DNA of 43,607 bases. Origin: Candidatus Zhuqueibacterota bacterium. Its GTDB lineage: Bacteria; BS750m-G25. Position numbers and translations under genes: made by a program. The notes beneath the pieces are model-generated. The model was not told where the DNA came from. It saw only the letters and a program-made list of their open reading frames with translations, and did no database searches. The stretch covers positions 1 to 43,607 of the forward strand of contig JADHWK010000017.1 of assembly GCA_016783505.1 (NCBI GenBank), read 5' to 3'. Numbering within the stretch: the stretch's first letter is position 1; every line of letters starts with the position of its first letter. Below, piece after piece: positions 37,003 through 43,607 of the stretch.

Positions 37003-38235
37003 TTATTTTAATAAAACTAATTTTCGCGATTCTATAAAGCCCTTGTCCGTTTGTAATCTAGAATAATATATTCCACTGGCAAAACCACTAGCATCCCATT
37101 CCACATTATGATTACCTGCTGACTGTTTTGTGGATACCAACGTTGCCACCTTTTGACCAAGAAGATTGTAAATACTAATATCTACTTTGCTGATACTTGA
37201 TAATTGATATTCGATAGTTGTTACCGGATTGAATGGATTGGGATAATTTTGAAGCAAGGCAAAGCCTTCGGGAATTTCATTCTGTGAATCTCCAACCGAC
37301 GCGATTGCTCTCAGCTCCTCGATCACTTGGCTGCTCACCCAGTATGGATTGCCGTCCCATTGTTGATGCCGGTCGGAATGGAAAAACAGATACAATCCGT
37401 CGGGTGACACGAATGGTGCATTTTCCTGGGCAGAAGAGTTCACCGGCTCACCCATGTTTAAGGCGGGCGTCCATGAGCCGTCCGCCTTCTTGAAACTAAT
37501 GTATAAATCCGCCCCTCCATATCCCCCTGGACGATGGGATTCAAAGATCAAGTATTCATCGTCAGGATCGATATACGGTCCCAACTCCATGGATGATGAA
37601 TTGATGTTATCATCCAGCCTTTCAGGCGCTGAGTATATGCCGTTCACGCACCTGATGCAATAAATATCGGGATCCTGATTTCCAATCACCTCCATCCGCA
37701 AATAGAGGGTACCGTCCTTGGTGGCCGAAACCTCCCAGCCGCCGCCCAGGTTAGCAGGCCAAGGGAAATTGACTACCGTCGGAGTGGACCAACCGGTTTG
37801 TGTCCGTGTCGAAGTCCAGATCGATCCGCCGGGTCTATCGGAAATGAAATAAACGGTATTCCCGCTATCCGTAAAGGATGGGCTCGCAGTCATGAATCCT
37901 TCGGCAAATGAGGGCGTTTGAGGATCCGTCCACACATTGTCAACCATTTCCATGTAACGGATTCGAATCCCCTGATAATTGGCAGGCACATAAATGTCCA
38001 TATAAAACTCATTGCCGTCCTGCGTGAATGCCAGGGCGCCGTGCCACCACCAATCCGCATTCGACCGCAACTGGTTGGGTACGAACATTTGTGGCGTATT
38101 CCCCGGCGGCGCTTGCCCGAGATACGGCCCGGTGAGTTGTTGACCGAACGATAAACCAATACCACAGACAAAAATAGCAAATACGACCGTCAATAAAACA
38201 ACGGTCGTTACCGATGGAATGTTTTTCTTCTTCAT
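37003..38235 (-). CDS. secreted PD40/TolB-like beta-propeller protein with type IX secretion system C-terminal sorting domain
   Basis: 410 aa with a signal peptide and repeated PD40 motifs (VYFISDRPGGSIW; LIFESHRPGGYGGADLYIS; LFFHSDRHQQWDG). The C-terminal about 80 aa match the Por_Secre_tail/T9SS CTD pattern (NYPNPFNPVTTIEYQL...GIYYSRLQTDKG...KLVLLK). Confidence 0.7.
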   Translation of the reverse strand: MKKKNIPSVTTVVLLTVVFAIFVCGIGLSFGQQLTGPYLGQAPPGNTPQMFVPNQLRSNADWWWHGALAFTQDGNEFYMDIYVPANYQGIRIRYMEMVDNVWTDPQTPSFAEGFMTASPSFTDSGNTVYFISDRPGGSIWTSTRTQTGWSTPTVVNFPWPANLGGGWEVSATKDGTLYLRMEVIGNQDPDIYCIRCVNGIYSAPERLDDNINSSSMELGPYIDPDDEYLIFESHRPGGYGGADLYISFKKADGSWTPALNMGEPVNSSAQENAPFVSPDGLYLFFHSDRHQQWDGNPYWVSSQVIEELRAIASVGDSQNEIPEGFALLQNYPNPFNPVTTIEYQLSSISKVDISIYNLLGQKVATLVSTKQSAGNHNVEWDASGFASGIYYSRLQTDKGFIESRKLVLLK

Positions 38236-38537
38236 AAATATCTCTCCTGTTAATCATTTGATTTTTTCTAGAGTTTGCACATATGACATATATTCCTGAG
38301 ACAAGCATTCAAAAAAAAGTGTTATCTTTTCATTATAACGTTTCGCATAACGGGCAAAACCGCTAAACGCGATAATAATGAAAGCAGACTTTAGACATAA
38401 AATTCAGAAACACTTAAAACGCTGCAGCGGTTTTGTCCCTGTTCAAACGATTGTTAGGTCATCAGTTGTTAGTTCCTTGCCAGGCATTGCAAGAACGCGT
38501 ATCCCAGACTCCTTTCTATAATGCCACCATTACATGA

Positions 38538-38804
38538 TCAATCAATACGGCTTAACTTAAGCGTGATACCACACGGATCAGGGCAGTGGATTACAGCAAC
38601 CCCATTCTCGTCTTCCCAGGGGAAGTCCCCGCCATAACAAAGGGTCATTAGATAAGGAGCGATTGCTTCCCAAGCACCCAGACAGATCCCCTCAGGAGTT
38701 GTCTCATCTACCTTGAACACCTGGCCAACGACGTGAATGCCGCCTTGGCATACTCCGTCTTTGACTGTGATACTAACAGGCACTTGTGTTTTGTTATCTT
38801 TCAT
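38538..38804 (-). CDS. hypothetical small Cys-containing protein (88 aa)
   Basis: ORF with 5 Cys (C19, C41, C57, C75, C79), Gly-rich (VKDGVCQGGIHVVGQ). No confident family assignment. Confidence 0.4.
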   Translation of the reverse strand: MKDNKTQVPVSITVKDGVCQGGIHVVGQVFKVDETTPEGICLGAWEAIAPYLMTLCYGGDFPWEDENGVAVIHCPDPCGITLKLSRID

Positions 38805-38866
38805 ACTACGGGCTCCTAATGGCCGGGAGCTGAGCGGCGTCGGAACCTATTCTCCAATCTAAAAAA

Positions 38867-38935
38867 TCCGCAGTTCCTTTCAACCTACCAATATTAAACG
38901 ATCTAAAAACCCAGAAGCTACCCACGCGCCTAACG
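38867..38935. repeat. Conserved ~65-nt upstream element, copy 2
   Basis: See copy 1. It has the same orientation and is located about 65-130 nt upstream of the start codon of the small Cys-protein gene. Confidence 0.4.
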
Positions 38936-38975
38936 ACCACTGCTAACAGGCGCCGGGTAATCCTAAGACATGAAC

Positions 38976-39674
38976 TCATGCCTCAACTAAAAGCGTCCCG
39001 TTTATGACATTTTTAGACTTAACTTTCTTTTGTTTTTTTATTTGTTTTTTTTTTTTAATCATGCTGCGAATTTTCGATTTTGTCCCCATCAAAATATATT
39101 TCGACTGATAACTTTTTAAATATTTAACGGTCTTATCATAATCTTCTAATATTTTTGTGATATCATCATTATTAGAATCATCTTGATCCGGGTCGAAGTA
39201 TTTCCATTTATAATGAACAAATGCATTTCTGTGCTCCATCAATTGGAGCATCCTTAATTTATGATCATTGTGGAGGGGTTTAAAATTAAAAATTTCTAGT
39301 AGCCATGTAATTTTACCTATAAAAGAAACACTACGGATTATGTCCTTTATAACACTATATTTTATACCTTGCCTCCTACAAACTGATGAAATAATTCCAT
39401 TAATCCAATGTTCAGTCCATACTGCATACAGTAAACAAGATAAGTGTGGCTTCCCCAAGTTTCTGAATTCTCGTGCATTATTTAAAATGTCGGAAATATG
39501 ATCAATGGAAATTTCAAACCGAATGTTATTTAATTTGGGTAGATATTTTTCAAAGTATTTTTTAATTATAAGATGAAGTTCTTCAGGAGTTTTTTCTGAT
39601 GGATCTATCGTCCCATCGGCAATCATGCCTTCTAAAATACACCATACAAGTTCTTTCTCATAAGATTTTTTCAT
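38976..39674 (-). CDS. HEPN-like (Abi-type) protein
   Basis: 232 aa, acidic/basic, with the candidate HEPN Rx4H motif MEHRNAFVHYKW near the C-terminal third. It has a Lys-rich tail. Weak call. Confidence 0.35.
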   Translation of the reverse strand: MKKSYEKELVWCILEGMIADGTIDPSEKTPEELHLIIKKYFEKYLPKLNNIRFEISIDHISDILNNAREFRNLGKPHLSCLLYAVWTEHWINGIISSVCRRQGIKYSVIKDIIRSVSFIGKITWLLEIFNFKPLHNDHKLRMLQLMEHRNAFVHYKWKYFDPDQDDSNNDDITKILEDYDKTVKYLKSYQSKYILMGTKSKIRSMIKKKKQIKKQKKVKSKNVINGTLLVEA

Positions 39675-40075
39675 GAATTCAGAAATTTTGTTAGAAACCT
39701 TAGGTTAAGTCTAACGTTTTCGGCATCACCGGCCGAAACGCCAAGAGCAACTATCACGATTGATGTTATTCCACCAAACTTACAAACGCGGAATCAATGG
39801 ACCGCGGTTCGATCCGACTGCAGTTTTGTGTTATATGCTCAAAAATAAATCTGAGTATTTATCCTTCTCTTCCGGACTAAGATCATGAACTCTAGTTCTT
39901 GAGGACAAATCCATAAACATGCCTTCAGTCATGAAAAAATTTCCTTTATCGGCTAAGAATATCTAGTTTGTGTTTCTCCTGACAAATTCAACGAAGCACC
40001 TTGTTTAGACACAGTATAATAACGCCAACCCAAAACTGACTTCCCTAACCGCAATTTTAGGCATCTATGATTTTT

Positions 40076-40678
40076 CTATGTTGTTGCTATTCTTTTAGAA
40101 ACAGCGGCCATAAGTCCATAATATCCGTATGCAAGTACTAAAATAAAAATTATTTGAAGAGGGAAGAAAATATATGTTTTTAAAGACTTCCAAACTGTTC
40201 CTTCCATTAAGGCCGTTTTTATTACAATTACTTTATCGGCATATTGATTTTTATGCGCACGACTTAATTCATCAAAAATAGAAAATTCTTCGGTAAAGTA
40301 TTGTTGCAGGGTTATTGAGTCGTTCTCAAGCTTCCTGTTTAAATCAGCCAGATTAGTATCTTGATACGACATAGATTTAAAACTCGAAATTATTCTATTC
40401 TTAATAATTTTTTGATTTTCTTGTGAAAACCGTTCAAAGGGTATAAACTGTTTGAAAGCAGCAAATTCACTGCTTAATTGATCGTTGGCGGAGACTTGCA
40501 GAAGATTGGAAGCTCCCAATATTTCCAGAAAAACTGAATTCTGATATTCACTAATACGAAAATCCGCATATTGAATCAGAACCGATGAAACGAAAACAAA
40601 AATTAAGGAAATGATCTGTAGTCGGAGGATTCTAACCTCTTCGATGACTCTCATAATTTCCTCCGCTTTTTGCTTCAT
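40076..40678 (-). CDS. hypothetical membrane protein (TM helices at both termini)
   Basis: 200 aa. Hydrophobic helices at the N-terminus (LQIISLIFVFVSSVLI) and C-terminus (IFFPLQIIFILVLAYGYYGLMAAV). No motif. Confidence 0.4.
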   Translation of the reverse strand: MKQKAEEIMRVIEEVRILRLQIISLIFVFVSSVLIQYADFRISEYQNSVFLEILGASNLLQVSANDQLSSEFAAFKQFIPFERFSQENQKIIKNRIISSFKSMSYQDTNLADLNRKLENDSITLQQYFTEEFSIFDELSRAHKNQYADKVIVIKTALMEGTVWKSLKTYIFFPLQIIFILVLAYGYYGLMAAVSKRIATT

Positions 40679-40803
40679 CCATTATTTGCCTAACATATTT
40701 TTGACTGCCCAATTACCGTGTTATAACATGGCGTTTAGGCCGAATAAACGGCGTTCCAAAGAAATGAGCGAGAAAGAAATCCGTCAATATTATTCCCCGA
40801 CAA

Positions 40804-41025
40804 TTAACCTTCCTTAAACCGTTCCACCTTAAGGGTCATCCGCTCCACGCCGATGACCCTGACCTTTGTTCCCGCCTTTATAGTCCGGGCGCTGGTGGCG
40901 TTCCATATCTCACCATGAACGGATACACTGCCGTCCTTAAAAACATTAGTGCGGGCCTCGCCGATCTCCCCCACCAGTCCCTCAGTCCCGGTGGCCACCT
41001 GGCGTTTATGGGCCCGTAAGCCCAT
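40804..41025 (-). pseudogene. orphan duplicate of the nfeD C-terminal OB-fold domain (the last ~73 codons; gene fragment)
   Basis: About 240 nt (40790-41040) are about 95% identical to the 3' end of nfeD at 41628-41870. The encoded protein, MGLRAHKRQVATGTEGLVGEIGEARTNVFKDGSVSVHGEIWNATSARTIKAGTKVRVIGVERMTLKVERFKEG, matches the NfeD tail nearly exactly. Homology ends abruptly at about 41040. Confidence 0.6.
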
Positions 41026-41155
41026 GGACAGGGCGAAGATATGGTTGCTACCAATTCCGTCTGAAATATTTCTTCAACAGCAAGGATGATTAATGGCCCT
41101 AGGTTTGGAAACCCAGGGCCACCCGCGAAATTAGTATCGAACTGTGCTTAATTGG

Positions 41156-41344
41156 CTACTTCTCAACCAACTTCTTAAAGGAAAAGCCAATTGCAAGGCA
41201 CATTCCAATTGCCAGAGCCCAGATACCAATAATGTTCAAAAGCATAGTACCATTGGCAAGACCAATAGTAATCAGTACTAATCCCCCAATTAGGAAGATG
41301 TGAGAGATTATCCATTGGGCGATAGTTAATACTTTTAAACCCAT
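41156..41344 (-). CDS. hypothetical small membrane protein (62 aa, two TM helices)
   Basis: ORF with two hydrophobic helices. No homology evidence. Confidence 0.3.
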   Translation of the reverse strand: MGLKVLTIAQWIISHIFLIGGLVLITIGLANGTMLLNIIGIWALAIGMCLAIGFSFKKLVEK

Positions 41345-41627
41345 TGTTAAAACCTCCTATGTGTTTGTTTTATTAAAATCTCAATTTTTCTTTACTTTAA
41401 ACCATGCTAATATTATAACTAAGAACTTCCTGCTGGGGGGCTCCTTTCGTGGATGTTTCTAATATTCAGAATTTTTACTTTCACAATCATTCAAAAAAGG
41501 CTTGTAAAATACCTTGCATAGATATTGATATTAGGTATGGGTGTCAAAAGTCCACTTGTTCTTTAAAATTACATACCTAACTAACCCCATAATTTGGGAT
41601 AAATCTAATATTTTTTTATCCTGACAA

Positions 41628-42923
41628 TTAACCTTCCTTAAACCGTTCCACCCTTAGGGTCATCCGATCCACGCCGATAACCCTGACCTTTGTTCCCGCC
41701 TTTATAGTCCGGGCGCTGGTGGCGTTCCATATCTCCCCATGAACGGATACACTGCCGTCCTTAAAAACATTGGTGCGGGCCTCGCCTATCTCCCCCACCA
41801 ATCCCTCAGTCCCGGTGGACACCTGGCGCTTATGGGCCCGTAAGGCCATGGACAGGGCGAAGATGAAGAACAGGGCGGTGAAGATCACCGCCGGCAGAAT
41901 GACCCCCAAGGAGACTTTAAAGAAGGGCTCGGGGGATTCGAACAACATAATGGAACCTAAAATCATAGAAATCACTCCTCCCACCGTTAACATACCGTAA
42001 CTGGTAATTTTGATCTCAGCGATGAACAGCACAATTCCCAACAGGATCAGCAGCAGCCCCGCATAGTTGATAGGCAGGGTCTGAAGGGCAAAAAAGGCTA
42101 AGATCAGAAAAATGGCCCCCACCACCCCGGGGAAAATGGAGCCGGGATTAGAAAGCTCGAAGAAAAGCCCATAGATCCCCAGCATGAGGAGAATATAGGC
42201 GATGTTGGGATTGCTGATCACACTCAGGATGCGATAGCGGAGGCCCATCTCCAACCGTTTTATCACCGCCTCCTTGGTTTTGAGGATTTTTTTACCCGCA
42301 AGCACCTCCACTTCCTTGCCGTCAATGCGGTCAAGGAGCTCTCTCAGGTTCTCGCAGACCATGTCCACCACCCCTATTTCCAGGGCTTCCTTTTCGGTAA
42401 TGGAGACGCTCTTTCTAACCGCATCCTCGGCCCAGTCCGGGTTGCGTCCCCGTTTTTCGGCGATGGAGCGGTTGAAGGTAGCCCACCAGTTGGTGTACTT
42501 TTCCATTTTGACATCAGAGGTATCCTGGGGACCGGGGGTAACCGGATGAGCCGCTCCGATGTTGGTGCCGCTGGCCATAACAGCGATGTGGGCCGCCAAG
42601 GTAATGGACACCCCGGCCGACACCGCCCCGGAACCGCTGGGAGCCACGTAAACGACGACGGGAACCTCAGAGGAAAGAATATGCTTGACGATGACCTGGG
42701 TGGCCTGAACCAGTCCGCCCGGGGTATCCATCATGATGATGAGGCATTCCGCTGAATCTTCGATGGCCTCCTCAATGGATTCCTTGATAAAACGAGAGGT
42801 CACCGGAGTGATGGCGTCGTTTATCTCAATCAAGTCCACCTGGGGCACTGCCCGGGTTTGAGAAAAACCCGACAGAAAAAACCCAAAAAAGCACAGACGT
42901 AAAAAAAGGGTATACTTTTTCAT
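41628..42923 (-). CDS. nfeD: NfeD-family membrane-bound ClpP-class serine protease (stomatin operon partner protein)
   Basis: 431 aa with a signal peptide and a ClpP/crotonase-like protease domain (GGLVQATQ; SGSGAVSAG). It also has multiple TM helices and a C-terminal OB-fold beta-barrel domain. This is the canonical partner of SPFH/stomatin genes. Confidence 0.85.
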   Translation of the reverse strand: MKKYTLFLRLCFFGFFLSGFSQTRAVPQVDLIEINDAITPVTSRFIKESIEEAIEDSAECLIIMMDTPGGLVQATQVIVKHILSSEVPVVVYVAPSGSGAVSAGVSITLAAHIAVMASGTNIGAAHPVTPGPQDTSDVKMEKYTNWWATFNRSIAEKRGRNPDWAEDAVRKSVSITEKEALEIGVVDMVCENLRELLDRIDGKEVEVLAGKKILKTKEAVIKRLEMGLRYRILSVISNPNIAYILLMLGIYGLFFELSNPGSIFPGVVGAIFLILAFFALQTLPINYAGLLLILLGIVLFIAEIKITSYGMLTVGGVISMILGSIMLFESPEPFFKVSLGVILPAVIFTALFFIFALSMALRAHKRQVSTGTEGLVGEIGEARTNVFKDGSVSVHGEIWNATSARTIKAGTKVRVIGVDRMTLRVERFKEG

Positions 42924-43007
42924 GGGATCAACCGACTATTTGATTGACAAAAGAACTTATCAAATATAATATATTAAAAAATTCAGTGATTAGCAACAGG
43001 TTTTTTG

Positions 43008-43112
43008 CTAAATCCGTTCTTTTTTCTTCTCTTTTTTGGCAGTCCTTCTTTCCTTCAACGACTTCTGGGGCTTTTTTTTCTTCTCATGCTTATACCGATC
43101 CTTTGTACCCAT
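43008..43112 (-). CDS. hypothetical very basic 34-aa protein with strong Shine-Dalgarno
   Basis: Manual translation gives GGAGGTAACC-ATG then MGTKDRYKHEKKKKPQKSLKERRTAKKEKKKERI. It is not in the ORF track because it is shorter than 60 aa. Confidence 0.3.
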   Translation of the reverse strand: MGTKDRYKHEKKKKPQKSLKERRTAKKEKKKERI

Positions 43113-43189
43113 GGTTACCTCCTTTCCTATTGTTTGGAGCATGAAGGTTTACGCTAAAAATGAAATCTCTATCCCTGAAAAAAAGATGT

Positions 43190-43435
43190 CATTCTGACCC
43201 CGTCCCAAGATCGTTCCGAAAGTTTCGGGGGAAGAATCTCTCTTTCCGTTCTGAAAGTAAAATTTTCATCTCTTAATGCTTCAAGGTGCAACCTTGAAGC
43301 AACAAAATAGGATTTTTTTCTCCCCTGTTCCCCCCTGGGAGCGTAGCCTCTTTCCGGACAGTAGCCCGGCCACCCTGGCCGTGCCTACGGGCGAGGCGGG
43401 CAGGCAGCCCTTCTGCTCCTCTGCCACTTTTTGAT
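43190..43435 (+). ncRNA. candidate structured non-coding RNA (unclassified) ending in an intrinsic terminator
   Basis: About 250-nt GC-rich segment with no ORF on either strand. Several perfect hairpins are present (CCGAAAgTTTCGG; GCTTCAAGGtgcaaCCTTGAAGC). A GC-rich stem is followed by CACTTTTT at 43400-43432. Confidence 0.2.
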
Positions 43436-43607
43436 TTCAGATAGCTAAAAAATTACAATAGTTTTACGCGATAACTTTTTTAGTAATTCCCGGATTATTG
43501 TAAGTAGCAATATTTATATGAATTATTTTATAAATTGATTAACCCTCTATGAAGGGGTGATTACCACCAAGCCTACACTTCATCCCTTTAACAAGTCCCC
43601 CCTATTA

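Noticed and set aside
42944-43144. 66-aa plus-strand ORF upstream of nfeD
   Set aside because: It has a Phe/Ser-rich low-complexity translation overlapping the better-supported small basic ORF on the opposite strand. It is probably non-coding promoter region.

Overview
This is a 43.6-kb bacterial chromosomal window with about 50-58% GC conserved backbone genes, almost all on the minus strand, interrupted by three lower-GC accessory segments. The backbone genes are: a partial UMF1-type MFS transporter, lipA, mpl-like murein peptide ligase, suhB-family phosphatase, a LexA-controlled small ORF followed by an N-terminally truncated dinB, a large TPR protein, lexA, an MCP, gcvPB/gcvPA/gcvH, accC/accB, efp, thiC, ligA, an NlpC/P60 peptidase, an SPFH/stomatin protein and nfeD.

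The accessory content is as follows.
1. A vapB antitoxin and vapC PIN-toxin pseudogene inserted between gcvPA and gcvPB.
2. A roughly 6-kb AT-rich island between efp and thiC. It encodes a GHKL (MORC-like) ATPase with a zinc-ribbon array, an Mrr-nuclease/SF2-helicase fusion, a C5-cytosine methyltransferase and Vsr. This is a candidate R-M-like defence module.
3. An MNT/HEPN toxin-antitoxin pair coupled to the ligA stop codon, in which the HEPN toxin carries an in-frame TAA.
4. A roughly 11-kb mosaic AT-rich island that splits the canonical nfeD-stomatin operon. It contains four direct copies of the nfeD 3' end, two near-identical 86/88-aa gene units, a radical-SAM/SPASM enzyme with a processive GT2 glycosyltransferase, a retropepsin-like protease, a brnA remnant, a PD40/T9SS-CTD secreted protein and an HEPN-like Abi-type protein.

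No rRNA, tRNA or CRISPR array is evident. Two LexA operators of the GAAC-N4-GTTC type are seen. All calls are from reading the six-frame translations and motifs by eye; no database searches were run.
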